Below are positions 40,115-49,862 of a stretch of 61,149 bases of DNA, piece after piece. How positions within the stretch are numbered: position 1 is the stretch's first letter; each line of letters begins with the position of its first letter. The position numbers and the translations under genes were made by a program. The notes beneath the pieces are model-generated. The model searched no databases and was not told the origin of the DNA. It worked only from the letters and a program-made list of their open reading frames with translations. The stretch spans positions 1-61,149 of the forward strand of contig CAINMH010000010.1 of assembly GCA_903850745.1 (NCBI GenBank), given 5' to 3'. Origin of the DNA: an uncultured bacterium (GTDB taxonomy: Bacteria > Actinomycetota > Actinomycetes > S36-B12).

Positions 40115-42535
40115 ATGGCTCGGCGCACTCGAATCACGACCCCGCCCGGGGACGACCGCATCGTGGATGTGGACGTCTCCGACGAAATGCGCGGCTCGTT
40201 CCTCGAGTATGCCTACTCGGTTATTTACAGCCGGGCCCTGCCTGATGCACGTGACGGGATGAAGCCCGTGCAGCGGCGCATCCTGTACCAAATGGCCCAG
40301 ATGGGTCTGCGTCCCGATCGCGGACACGTCAAGAGCGCTCGCGTCGTCGGGGAGGTCATGGGTCGCCTCCATCCACATGGCGATGGCGCCATTTATGACG
40401 CCCTCGTGAGAATGGTTCAGCCATTCGCCATGCGCGTACCGTTCGTCGACGGTCACGGCAACTTTGGGTCACCCGATGATGGCCCCGCCGCGATGCGCTA
40501 CACCGAATGCCGCCTCGCGTCCTCCGCCATCTCCATGACCGCTGGCATCGATGAGGATGTCGTCGACTTCGGACCCAACTACGACGGTCGTGAAGTTGAA
40601 CCCTCTGTGCTGCCCGCTGCCATCCCAGCACTTCTTGTCAACGGTGCAGCCGGCATCGCCGTGGGCATGGCGACCAACCTCCCTCCACATAATCTCGGCG
40701 AGGTGGCTGCAGCTATTCAGCATCTGCTCAAGCACCCCAATGCCGACCTTGAGACGTTGATGCGATTTGTACCCGGCCCAGACCTACCCGGCGGGGCATC
40801 GATTGTGGGCTTAGACGGCATCAAGGAGGCCTACGAGTCCGGCCGTGGCGCGTTCCGCATGCGTGCCACAGCTCGCGTCGAACAGGTCACCGCTCGCAAG
40901 CAGGGCATCGTCGTCACCGAACTCCCCTACGGAGTCGGCCCCGAAAAAGTCGTCGAACGCATTGCCGACTTGGTCCGCTCCAAGAAGCTCGATGGGATTT
41001 CGTACGTCTCCGATCTCACTGACGGCGACAGCGGCCTGCAGATCTTGATCGAGATCAAAAATGGCTTCGTTCCTGCTGCGGTTCTCGAAGCCCTATACCG
41101 CCTTACGCCCCTAGAGGATTCGTTCAACATCAATAGCGTGGCCCTAGTCGACGGTCAGCCGCGCACCTTGGGGTTGAAGGAGATGCTTGAGGTCTACATC
41201 GCACATCGCCTCGAAGTTATCCGTCGACGGACCACCTATCGCCGTACTCGCGCTGAGGATCGCCTGCATCTAGTCGATGGCCTACTCATCGCAATAGTGG
41301 ACATTGACGAAGTGATCCAAGTGATCCGAGCCAGCGATGACGCGGCTGCCGCCAAGGCGAGGCTCATGTCGGTATTCGATCTCAGCGATGCACAGACGAC
41401 GTACATTCTCGACATGCCTCTTCGTCGTCTCACGAAGTTTTCGCGAATTGAACTCGAAACTGAGCGCGAAACTTTGATGGCCACAATTTCCGATCTCACT
41501 GACATCCTCGAAAGCGACACCCGGCTTCGCAAAACGGTGTCGGAAGAACTCACTGAAGTTGTTCGCTTACACGGCACACCTCGGCGAACCATCCTTCTCG
41601 AATCCACCGGACAAAGCCGCGCCGCTCTCCCACTGGAGATCGAGGACGAGCCCTGCACTGTGCTCTTGTCGAGCACTGGGCTCTTGGCGCGCTTCGTAGG
41701 CGACGTGATTGTCGGTCCACGTGCCGCACACGACCTCGTTGTATCGAGCGTCACAACCACGACTCGAGGCACATTTTTGATGGTGACTAGCGCTGGACGA
41801 GTCGTGCGGGTGTCCACACTGGAGCTCCCCGCTCTGCCGACTTCCGCCACGGGCACCACGCTTGCTGGTGGCGTACCTCTAGGGGCACTCGTGGACCTTG
41901 ACTCTGGCGAACAGGTGCTCTGTCTTGCACCGGATGCTGCAGGCGGGCTGGCCCTAGGCACCCAGCGCGGCATCGTCAAGCGAGTCACCCCGGAGGAGCC
42001 GCTCTCGAAGGATTCATGGGACGTCATCCGACTCGACGACGGCGATCGTGTCGTGGGAGCTGTCGCTTTAGAGACCGATGATGCCGAACTCGTGTTTGTA
42101 ACTTCCGATGCCCAGTTACTGCACTTCCCTGCTGCCGCGGTGCGACCACAGGGACGCAGCGCAGGTGGCATGGCCGGAATCCGACTCAGTGATGGCGCTC
42201 GCGTGATCTTCTTTGCCGCCATCGCAACCGATGCTGCCGAAGCCGTCGTTGTCACTATCGCGGGCACCAGCGCCGCGCTGCCAGGCACCGACTCAGGCGC
42301 AGCCAAGGTCACAAAGTTCAGCGAATACCCAGGGAAGGGCCGCGCCACAGCAGGAGTGCGTTGCCAGCGCTTCCTCGCTGGCGAAGACGAATTGCAGCGC
42401 GCCTGGGTAGGGCCTGGCCCAGCACGCGCCTGCTCCGCCTCAGGGCAGCCGGTGGACCTCCCTACTGACCTCAAGGGCCGTGACGCTTCTGGGTCGGCCC
42501 TTGCCGCTCCCGTTGACGGCATCTTCGGCTCGTGA
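40115..42535 (+). CDS. parC: Type IIA topoisomerase subunit A (GyrA/ParC family, topoisomerase IV ParC-like)
   Basis: ATG 40115 follows CAGGAGG. Blocks [39 protein letters not shown] and AAMRYTE (catalytic Tyr). About 806 aa. No subunit B gene is in the window. Confidence 0.88.
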   Translation: MARRTRITTPPGDDRIVDVDVSDEMRGSFLEYAYSVIYSRALPDARDGMKPVQRRILYQMAQMGLRPDRGHVKSARVVGEVMGRLHPHGDGAIYDALVRMVQPFAMRVPFVDGHGNFGSPDDGPAAMRYTECRLASSAISMTAGIDEDVVDFGPNYDGREVEPSVLPAAIPALLVNGAAGIAVGMATNLPPHNLGEVAAAIQHLLKHPNADLETLMRFVPGPDLPGGASIVGLDGIKEAYESGRGAFRMRATARVEQVTARKQGIVVTELPYGVGPEKVVERIADLVRSKKLDGISYVSDLTDGDSGLQILIEIKNGFVPAAVLEALYRLTPLEDSFNINSVALVDGQPRTLGLKEMLEVYIAHRLEVIRRRTTYRRTRAEDRLHLVDGLLIAIVDIDEVIQVIRASDDAAAAKARLMSVFDLSDAQTTYILDMPLRRLTKFSRIELETERETLMATISDLTDILESDTRLRKTVSEELTEVVRLHGTPRRTILLESTGQSRAALPLEIEDEPCTVLLSSTGLLARFVGDVIVGPRAAHDLVVSSVTTTTRGTFLMVTSAGRVVRVSTLELPALPTSATGTTLAGGVPLGALVDLDSGEQVLCLAPDAAGGLALGTQRGIVKRVTPEEPLSKDSWDVIRLDDGDRVVGAVALETDDAELVFVTSDAQLLHFPAAAVRPQGRSAGGMAGIRLSDGARVIFFAAIATDAAEAVVVTIAGTSAALPGTDSGAAKVTKFSEYPGKGRATAGVRCQRFLAGEDELQRAWVGPGPARACSASGQPVDLPTDLKGRDASGSALAAPVDGIFGS

Positions 42536-43380
42536 CTGATCGCTGCTCCATCACTTCCCGCGCAGCGGGCATACCGCTTGCCGGCACGGCGCCGCAGGCT
42601 CCAGCATGGCTCGTCGTAGAGCAGCGCATTCCGTGGGCGGCTCGAGTTTTAGAGTCTGAGCGCCTCGACGCAGATCTGCGGTCACTACTCGTGGATCTCC
42701 CCGCAACAGTTCTTTTTGCGCGCCGGCAAGACGCTGCTGGACCAGAGCGCTATTGGTACTCCGCTGCGGATGGCATTTCCGGACTTGTCAGCGGATTTGT
42801 GAGCGAACTCGTGGATGTTCTCAGCGCGGGCAGTCCACTTGCCACTTTGGCCTCAACCCTGCCCGCTGACCCGGTGTTATTCGTCTGTGCCAACGCAAAG
42901 CGCGACGTATGCTGCGCCATCGAGTCCAAACCGCTACTAGCGCAACTCAGCCAACGCCCTGATGTGTGGCAGTGCACACACATCGGTGGACATCGTTTTG
43001 CTCCGACAGCATTGTTGCTGCCCACCGCGATGGTCTATGGACGTCTCACGGCAGACATAGCTGTCACTGCGTTGGACTTTGCCAGTCGAGACGAGATCGA
43101 GACAACGCAAGCACGCGGATGCTCGTGGCTTACTTCTCTGGAACAGATCGCCGACATACATGTGCGCCGCAGATACGAAATCACGCGCGCGCACTCAATT
43201 TATTTTGACGCGAGCGACGCCGACACAAGTACGCCACAGGTCACCGTGCGGCACGCAGACGGCCGGTCCTGGCAGGTGCTCCTGCAACGCCGAAAGAGTG
43301 AACCGGTGTTGGAAGCGTGCGGCCGCGACCCGCTCTCCGAGACTTACTACAGTCTCGAATCCATCGCTGCAGTGAGTTAA
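42532..43380 (+). CDS. Sucrase/ferredoxin-like (thioredoxin-fold Fe-S) family protein
   Basis: 282 aa with [12 protein letters not shown] and [11 protein letters not shown] cysteine/histidine blocks. An ATGA overlap joins it to the parC stop. Confidence 0.7.
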   Translation: MTDRCSITSRAAGIPLAGTAPQAPAWLVVEQRIPWAARVLESERLDADLRSLLVDLPATVLFARRQDAAGPERYWYSAADGISGLVSGFVSELVDVLSAGSPLATLASTLPADPVLFVCANAKRDVCCAIESKPLLAQLSQRPDVWQCTHIGGHRFAPTALLLPTAMVYGRLTADIAVTALDFASRDEIETTQARGCSWLTSLEQIADIHVRRRYEITRAHSIYFDASDADTSTPQVTVRHADGRSWQVLLQRRKSEPVLEACGRDPLSETYYSLESIAAVS

Positions 43381-44729
43381 CGCCCCGCCGCCAGATCGAG
43401 CAAACGCGCGCGGTCATGCTCCGTCGTACGTTCGCGGCCACGGGCCACCCCCGCCGCGCGCTCTCCCGCGTCAACCAAACGCCACCCGTCAATGTGCACC
43501 ACCTGGTGGCCCGCCGGCAGCAGTCCATCGATTCCTAGACGAGCAGCGCCACCCAGCATCGACAAGGCATCTGCAAGAAGTGACTGCGCTGTCTCGGCCG
43601 CATCCTTCTTGTTTGTGCCGATAATCCCTGACGGCCCTCGCTTGATCCACCCCGCGACATACAGACCCGTCACGGGCGCACCGCCTTCGAGCACGCGACC
43701 AGCCACATTGGGTACGACTGCGCGATCGGAGTCGAAGGGTGCATCATCAAGCCCTACGCCGCGGTATCCCACTGAGCGCACGACCAAATCGCACTTGACC
43801 GTGAATGTCTCCCCAGTGGAGACCAATCCGCCCGCCGCATCGAGGGCGGTTCGTTCGAGCACGATGCCCGACACGCGGTCGGAGCCGAGGATCTCCACGG
43901 GCTTGGTGAAGAAGCAGATGTGAATACGGCGGCGCTTTCCCTCCGATGTGCGAGTGCTCCACTCGCGGATCACCTCGACATTGCGCGCCGCAAGACGGTC
44001 AGATTCGACGGTCGCCGCACTGACAGGATCAAGTTCGACGTCCGCTTGCGCGACCATGACCTCCGCCTCAGACAACTCACCAAGCTCACGTAATTCCTTT
44101 GTCGTGAACGTTGCCTGAGCAGGCCCTCGTCGGCCGACAAGGTAAACATCGCTGATGTTGTCGGCAGCCAAAAGGTCAAGCACGTGCTGTGGCATGTCGG
44201 TGGCTTCGAGTTCGGCGGGTGACTTAGCAAGCACCCGAACCACATCGACAGCGACGTTGCCGACTCCAATGACCACTGCCGTGGTTGCAGAGGAGATTTC
44301 AGTCTCGATCTCCCCGCGAAGCGCATCGGGGTGCCCGCAGTACCAATTCACTAGATCAGTTGCCGCGATACTTCCGGGTAGATCTTCACCGGGCACACCT
44401 AGACGTCTATCTCGAGCCGCGCCGTACGTCAGGACGACCGCATCGTAGGCATTCCGGAGATCGGCCAGCGAGACGTCTTCGCCAATAGCGACATTGCCGA
44501 CGAATCGCACCGTGTCGCGATCGAGGACCTTTTCGAGGGTTCCTCGTACGGACCGGATGCTGAAGTGGTCTGGGGCGACGCCATAGCGCACGAGCCCGAA
44601 GGGCACCGGAAGCCGATCAATGATGTCTACAGAGACCGGGATCTCCTCCTGAGAGGTCAGCGCGTCGGCTGCGTAAATGCCCGATGGGCCCGACCCCACG
44701 ATGGCCACGCGCAATTGCCTTGATGCCAC
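43377..44729 (-). CDS. fprA: NADPH-ferredoxin (adrenodoxin-type) reductase, FprA-like
   Basis: GTG 44729 follows AAGGAGGA. The product begins VASRQLRVAIVGSGPSGIYAADAL, an FAD GxGxxG motif, and a second dinucleotide fold VVIGVGNVAVDV follows. About 450 aa. Confidence 0.85.
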   Translation of the reverse strand: MASRQLRVAIVGSGPSGIYAADALTSQEEIPVSVDIIDRLPVPFGLVRYGVAPDHFSIRSVRGTLEKVLDRDTVRFVGNVAIGEDVSLADLRNAYDAVVLTYGAARDRRLGVPGEDLPGSIAATDLVNWYCGHPDALRGEIETEISSATTAVVIGVGNVAVDVVRVLAKSPAELEATDMPQHVLDLLAADNISDVYLVGRRGPAQATFTTKELRELGELSEAEVMVAQADVELDPVSAATVESDRLAARNVEVIREWSTRTSEGKRRRIHICFFTKPVEILGSDRVSGIVLERTALDAAGGLVSTGETFTVKCDLVVRSVGYRGVGLDDAPFDSDRAVVPNVAGRVLEGGAPVTGLYVAGWIKRGPSGIIGTNKKDAAETAQSLLADALSMLGGAARLGIDGLLPAGHQVVHIDGWRLVDAGERAAGVARGRERTTEHDRARLLDLAAGR

Positions 44730-44781
44730 AGCTGCTCCTCCTTGTTCCCCTTGCGCGAGTCTGCCACCAGATTGCTCCGAC

Positions 44782-44815
44782 GTCTGCAGACACGGCCTGT
44801 GGGATATCGGCACAG
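44782..44815. promoter_or_regulatory. Candidate operator palindromes in the fprA/IclR divergent spacer
   Basis: A perfect 10-bp palindrome GTCTGCAGAC lies at 44782-44791. An imperfect 19-bp inverted repeat CTGTGGGATATCGGCACAG lies at 44797-44815, centred on GATATC. Confidence 0.3.
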
Positions 44816-44872
44816 ATAGGGACACCCGTCCCGGCATGCGGAACCTTTGGTACGGTTTTTGTGAGGAGAGCC

Positions 44873-45691
44873 ATGGAAACCGAACGACGCAGAGCCACCT
44901 CGACTTTGTCGAGCGTGCGAAATGCCGCACGGGTCCTCAAAGAATTCGGCCACGGACACCGCGAATACGGTGTCACCGAGATCGCCCGGCAGCTCGGCAT
45001 CGGCAAAAGCACCGCTCACCGGCTCCTCAACACGCTCGCGGAGGAACGTCTGCTCGAGCAAAATCCACACACGGGCGCCTACCGACTTGGGCTCGTTATC
45101 TACGCACTCGGGGCAACCGTCACGGTGCACGCTGAAATTCACGACGCCGCCGGTCCGGTGATTGAGCACGTACGCAATGCCACTCGGGAGACCGTGATTG
45201 TGTCGGTCTTGGACGGGACCGAGGTGGTGTGTATCGAGCGTCGAGAGAGCCCCCAAGCCTTGCGTCTTGTTGGCCGGGTCGGCGCCCGAGACGATGCGCA
45301 TCTCACAAGTAGTGGGAAGGTGCTCCTCGCCTTTTCCAGTGCCCACGAGATTGATCAGTTTCTCGCCGCCGGACCCCTCCGTCGGGCCACTCCGCACACC
45401 ATCACCGACGCCGCAACTCTTCGCTCCCAGTTCGACAACATTCGCCTTCGCGGTTGGGCCGAGACGATTAACGAAGCTGAGGTCGGTGTTGCAGCCGTAG
45501 CCACCCCCATCCGCAACCGCTCAGGTGAGGTGGTTGCGGCCGTCAGCGTCCTGGGCCCCGTGCAGCGGCTCACTCCAGCGGCACTGCGGCGGCTGGTTCG
45601 ACCCACCGTAGAGGCGGGCATTGCGATCAGTAGGCGGCTGGGATACCGAGAAGTCAATGCGTTACCCGAACGTTCATCAGCGAAGCACTGA
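44873..45691 (+). CDS. IclR family transcriptional regulator
   Basis: ATG 44873 follows GAGGAG. The N-terminal wHTH is VRNAARVLKEFGHGHREYGVTEIARQLGIGKSTAHRLLNTL, followed by a C-terminal IclR effector domain. About 272 aa. Confidence 0.88.
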   Translation: METERRRATSTLSSVRNAARVLKEFGHGHREYGVTEIARQLGIGKSTAHRLLNTLAEERLLEQNPHTGAYRLGLVIYALGATVTVHAEIHDAAGPVIEHVRNATRETVIVSVLDGTEVVCIERRESPQALRLVGRVGARDDAHLTSSGKVLLAFSSAHEIDQFLAAGPLRRATPHTITDAATLRSQFDNIRLRGWAETINEAEVGVAAVATPIRNRSGEVVAAVSVLGPVQRLTPAALRRLVRPTVEAGIAISRRLGYREVNALPERSSAKH

Positions 45692-45733
45692 GCGCTCCGT
45701 ACGGGCGAACCTGCGCCCGGTAGAGTCGGCAAC

Positions 45734-46252
45734 ATGAGTAAGCATTCGAGCAGCGATAGCGCCTTCGCCGACATTTGGGCAGGCAACGAGCATTTCGTGC
45801 GTGATTTCAGTTACGCAGGCCTCACCGGGTCCGCAGCCAAGGGGCTCGCAATCGTGACGTGCATGGACTCACGAATCGCTCCATTGGGTGTCGTGGGCAT
45901 GAATCCGGGTGATGTCAAGATTCTGAGAAATGCTGGGGCGCGCGTCACCGACGACGTTCTACGCACCCTTGTCCTCGCTACCTACTTACTCAACGTCAAT
46001 CGTGTTCTTGTCATGCCACACACCGAATGTCGGATGGCGGGAGCCACTGAGGATCAGATTCACGAGCACATCGATTCCGAATATGGAGTCGACACCCGCA
46101 GCCTCGAATTTCGTACGGTTCTCGATCAGCGTGAAGCTCTACGCAGAGACCTTGATCGGATAAAGAGCTACCCTTACCTTGCCAAGGGACTCAACGTCTG
46201 TGGGGCGATCTACGACGTGCGGACCGGACTGCTCACACCGTTTGAGGACTGA
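45734..46252 (+). CDS. Beta-class carbonic anhydrase
   Basis: 172 aa with zinc ligand context CMDSR and HTECRM (Cys/His/Cys). Size resembles the small mycobacterial beta-CA. Confidence 0.85.
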   Translation: MSKHSSSDSAFADIWAGNEHFVRDFSYAGLTGSAAKGLAIVTCMDSRIAPLGVVGMNPGDVKILRNAGARVTDDVLRTLVLATYLLNVNRVLVMPHTECRMAGATEDQIHEHIDSEYGVDTRSLEFRTVLDQREALRRDLDRIKSYPYLAKGLNVCGAIYDVRTGLLTPFED

Positions 46253-46286
46253 TCGTGCTCAGTGAACGTACGCTAACGTCAACGAC

Positions 46287-46979
46287 ATGGTGAATCCGCG
46301 CGCCGTTCAAGATGCGTTCCTAACCTTCGAATCTGACGCGACTCTTCTCACGATAGTTCGACATGGGCAGCAAGACGTCCCAACATGGGGCAAGTTCGAC
46401 CCCAGCGACTGGTCCGATCCGCCCCTATCCGCGCTTGGGCTACAACAGGCCGATGCGCTTGGGGAAGCTTTCGCCAATGTGCAGTTTGACTGCTTGGTGA
46501 GTAGTTCGATGATCCGTGCGCGGCAAACAGCTGATGCCATCGCGAAGCACCACGACATCGAAGCCATTCCGCGCATCGAGGCACTCAACGAGGTCGGAGC
46601 ACATCGATCTCATACGACTGGTGCAGAACCTGCGACCCGCGAAGACCCAGACGTCTGGGCTGCCAGAATCGAAAGATTCATTGCCCAACCCCGGTGGCAC
46701 GACATTCCCGGCGGCGAAACGGGGCCGGAGTTACGCGAGCGAATTGTGCCTGTGTTCGAGGACCTACTGGAGAAACATGCTGGTGGTCACGTGGTCGTGG
46801 TCTGCCACGGCGGAGTCATGAACGCCTACCTCGCCCATATTCTCGATTGGGACGGCGACATGCTCTTTCTCCCCGCCCATACGTCCTACTCCACGGTCCG
46901 GGCCAAGGGATCAAAGCGCGTCATTCAAAGCATTAATGAGCGCTGCCACCTCAATGCCGAGGGCCTCGTTTCTTTCTAG
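46287..46979 (+). CDS. Histidine phosphatase (phosphoglycerate mutase-like) family protein
   Basis: 230 aa with the RHGQ catalytic motif (LTIVRHGQ) and a downstream CHGGVM block. Confidence 0.85.
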   Translation: MVNPRAVQDAFLTFESDATLLTIVRHGQQDVPTWGKFDPSDWSDPPLSALGLQQADALGEAFANVQFDCLVSSSMIRARQTADAIAKHHDIEAIPRIEALNEVGAHRSHTTGAEPATREDPDVWAARIERFIAQPRWHDIPGGETGPELRERIVPVFEDLLEKHAGGHVVVVCHGGVMNAYLAHILDWDGDMLFLPAHTSYSTVRAKGSKRVIQSINERCHLNAEGLVSF

Positions 46980-47025
46980 TGGTTCGAGCCCGGCTAGAGT
47001 TCAGTCGACACCGAACGGAGAGCTC

Positions 47026-47868
47026 GTGGCTAACTACATCTTGACGCTGAAGTGCGCCGATGGTCCCGGCATTATTCATGCCATTACTACCGGACTGCTG
47101 GATGTGTCGGCCAATATCCTCGAGCAGGAGCAGTATTCCGACACAGATTCCGGACTGTTCTTCCTTCGGACGAGATTCGAGACGTCCGAAGAATTGGAGA
47201 CAGTTTTAGCTTCAGCCGCTGCGCACACACATCACCTCGATGCCTCACTACGAATTCGTCGCGAGAGTGATATTCCGCGAGTCCTCATCATGGTGTCGCA
47301 ATATGACCACTGCCTCGTCGACCTGCTGTATCGCTGGCGCATCCATGAACTCCCCGTCGACATCGTCGGCGTCGTCTCCAATCACGAGACATGTCGTGAA
47401 ATCACGGAGAGTCATGGGCTGCCCTTCGACTACTTGCCCTTAACGCCCGAGTCAAAATCCGTCCAAGAAGCACGACTTTTAGAGATTGTGGAACAGCGCG
47501 GCGTTGGCCTCGTCGTCCTGGCCCGTTACATGCAGATCCTCAGCGATGATTTCTGTCGCGGGATGGCGGGGCGCGTCATCAACATCCACCACTCGCTCCT
47601 GCCCGGCTTCAAGGGCGCAAAGCCCTACCACCAGGCGTATGCGCGTGGCGTCAAGCTCATCGGAGCAACCGCTCACTTCGTCACCGGTGACCTCGACGAG
47701 GGACCGATAATCGAGCAGCAGGTGGCCCGCGTGACGCACGCCGACACCGCCGATGCTTTAGCCGAAATTGGTCGCGACGTCGAACGGCTGGTCCTAGCCC
47801 GCGCCGTGCACCTCTTCGCCGAGGATCGAGTCTTCCTCAATAACAAGCGCACCGTCGTCTTTGGCTGA
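47026..47868 (+). CDS. purU: Formyltetrahydrofolate deformylase
   Basis: GTG 47026 follows GGAGAG. An N-terminal ACT domain (YILTLKCADGPGIIHAIT) is followed by the formyltransferase block INIHHSLLPGFKGAKPYHQA. Confidence 0.9.
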   Translation: MANYILTLKCADGPGIIHAITTGLLDVSANILEQEQYSDTDSGLFFLRTRFETSEELETVLASAAAHTHHLDASLRIRRESDIPRVLIMVSQYDHCLVDLLYRWRIHELPVDIVGVVSNHETCREITESHGLPFDYLPLTPESKSVQEARLLEIVEQRGVGLVVLARYMQILSDDFCRGMAGRVINIHHSLLPGFKGAKPYHQAYARGVKLIGATAHFVTGDLDEGPIIEQQVARVTHADTADALAEIGRDVERLVLARAVHLFAEDRVFLNNKRTVVFG

Positions 47869-47875
47869 GGTACCC

Positions 47876-48361
47876 ATGCGCATCACCACCGTGTGCCTCG
47901 GCAATATCTGCCGCTCCCCCATGGCTGAAGCCGTCCTGCGTCACGAATTGGAACTAGCCGGGGTAAGCGGAGTCATCGTCGAGTCCGCTGGGACCAGCAG
48001 CTGGCATATGGGCGATGGCGCCCATCCACGCACCTTGGCGACCTTGCGCACACACGGGCTCGATTTAGATCACCGCTCACGACAGATCACATCCGAGTGG
48101 TTCGACAAGGACCATCCGAATCGCCCGGACCTAGTTCTGGCGATGGACGTTGACAACCTGGAGATGCTGCACAGCATCGCACCTACCGAGACACACGAGA
48201 GCATTCGGTTGATTCGGTCCTACGATCCGGCCAACGCCGGTTTATCGATCTACCTTCCCGCAATGTCCGTGCCCGATCCGTACTACGGAGACGAGAGTGA
48301 CTATGCGACTGTCTTCGAAATGCTACGAGTGCCCTGTCGAGAAATTGTTGTGAGCCTCTGA
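47876..48361 (+). CDS. Low-molecular-weight protein-tyrosine phosphatase
   Basis: P-loop CLGNICRSPMAE and a C-terminal DPYYG. The start could instead be at 47861. Confidence 0.9.
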   Translation: MRITTVCLGNICRSPMAEAVLRHELELAGVSGVIVESAGTSSWHMGDGAHPRTLATLRTHGLDLDHRSRQITSEWFDKDHPNRPDLVLAMDVDNLEMLHSIAPTETHESIRLIRSYDPANAGLSIYLPAMSVPDPYYGDESDYATVFEMLRVPCREIVVSL

Positions 48362-48370
48362 CGCTTCGAT

Positions 48371-48994
48371 CTACGCGCTAGGTGCGAGAATTCGCTCGCC
48401 TAGATCTCGTACGACGCCCTCGAGTGGGACGGTAAGAATCTCCGGCGCGTGACGCTCTTGGAGAACCCCGAGCATCTGCTCGTAGTACCAAAGAGTGCCA
48501 TCCGCCTTGCCATTAAAGCGTTTGAGGGTGCCCACTCCGTGAATCTGCACGTCCGTCAGAATGGCGCGGGCGTTATGCAATTTGTCTGCTGCGGTCACGA
48601 TAAGGACTGCCGAATCCGCCGTTCTTAAGTGCCCGATGTGAACCTCTTTGCGAGGCTTCCAAGGCAACTTTTCGTCGGCATTGACAATCAGTGAGTCGCT
48701 ACAGGCCCGGACGATGCGAGCAACTTCGAAACCAAACTTTTCGTTGATGACGTCGAGCATGGGCTCTCCGCCGCAATCTTCGGCCGCGTCGTGCAACAGC
48801 CCAGCAATTGCCTGATCTTCGGTGCCCTCGGCCTCAAGGACAAGAGCCGAGACGCCCAAAAGGTGACACACGTAGGCAGTGTCTTTGCCCTTACGTGTGT
48901 GCGTTGAATGGATATCGCTCGCGAATCGCACCGCTTCCATATAACGCTCACTGAGCACAACATGGGGACAATGCATCGTCTTCTGGTCAGTCAT
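48371..48994 (-). CDS. HD-domain hydrolase resembling the RelA/SpoT (p)ppGpp hydrolase domain
   Basis: 207 aa, single domain. It carries HLLGVSALVLE...AIAGLLHDAAEDCGG (H...HD...ED pattern) and no synthetase domain. Confidence 0.7.
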   Translation of the reverse strand: MTDQKTMHCPHVVLSERYMEAVRFASDIHSTHTRKGKDTAYVCHLLGVSALVLEAEGTEDQAIAGLLHDAAEDCGGEPMLDVINEKFGFEVARIVRACSDSLIVNADEKLPWKPRKEVHIGHLRTADSAVLIVTAADKLHNARAILTDVQIHGVGTLKRFNGKADGTLWYYEQMLGVLQERHAPEILTVPLEGVVRDLGERILAPSA

Positions 48995-49091
48995 GGGACC
49001 CCCCTCTTTGCTGGTGTAGTTTCACTGTCGCATGGGGGTCTGACAGTCCCATGCCCTAGATTTGCCAAAGGCACCAATAGCGGGGGGAAAC

Positions 49092-49835
49092 ATGAGCACG
49101 CTTGCAGAGATTCTCGACTCTGATGTGACTGGATTTGAGGTAGTTTACGGCTACGTACTCACTTTTGGCTCCGTCCACTCCCCCACGGTAGAGATCCGTG
49201 GGCGCGACGCAATCCCGAGCTTGCTGCTCTCCGAAGACACCGCACTCACGGCCATGCATGCGCTGTGGGTTCCTGAGCGCGTCTTCGCAATTCGCAGTAT
49301 TCCGGCTTTGCGGTTCGACTCCACGGCGGGAAGTCTGCTTGTCGCTGATCTTTGGGGTGACGCCGGGTACTGGGCGTTCACTTATGCCACGTCCAGACAT
49401 TTGCTCACCCTCGGCATACCTATGAGTGCCATCGCAACCGCAGCCGAACAGATGCGCGTCGGCAACTCCCGGAGACCACCCGCAACAATCTTGCTCAGGG
49501 CCACAACTCCTGAAGAGACCACGATCCTGCCGCCACGTGGACGACTTCCCTACGTGACGTCAATGGTGATCGACGACTACTTCGTCGGTTGGGCTCAGGA
49601 ACAAAATCGATATCCACGTACGCCGATCAATACGATCCGCAAGATTTACAGCGAACTCAACCCGGTTCCAGCTCATGCTCCAACTCCAGATCGAACCGAA
49701 ATGTCTACGGCGTCACGGTGGCGACGATGGTTCGGACGCAAAGAGAAAGCCTCGAGCCCCTCGAGGGACCTGATTACCGAAGATGCCGATGCTGGCATCG
49801 CAGAGCTCGAGGCCTATCTCAGAAGCAAGAACTGA
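49092..49835 (+). CDS. Hypothetical protein (orphan)
   Basis: About 247 aa from ATG 49092 (the track ORF starts at 49062). No motif recognised. The basic, Ser-rich C-terminal part ends in an acidic helix. The body's codon usage looks coding. Confidence 0.5.
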   Translation: MSTLAEILDSDVTGFEVVYGYVLTFGSVHSPTVEIRGRDAIPSLLLSEDTALTAMHALWVPERVFAIRSIPALRFDSTAGSLLVADLWGDAGYWAFTYATSRHLLTLGIPMSAIATAAEQMRVGNSRRPPATILLRATTPEETTILPPRGRLPYVTSMVIDDYFVGWAQEQNRYPRTPINTIRKIYSELNPVPAHAPTPDRTEMSTASRWRRWFGRKEKASSPSRDLITEDADAGIAELEAYLRSKN

Positions 49836-49862
49836 GGGTGCGGCAAGGGCCTGCTTTGGCAT

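Noticed and set aside
41236-42522. A 428-aa ORF on the minus strand, entirely inside the ParC-like gene
   Set aside because: Its composition is extreme in Arg, Ser, Ala and Pro, as expected for an antisense frame in high-GC coding DNA. The plus-strand frame carries unambiguous GyrA/ParC motifs.
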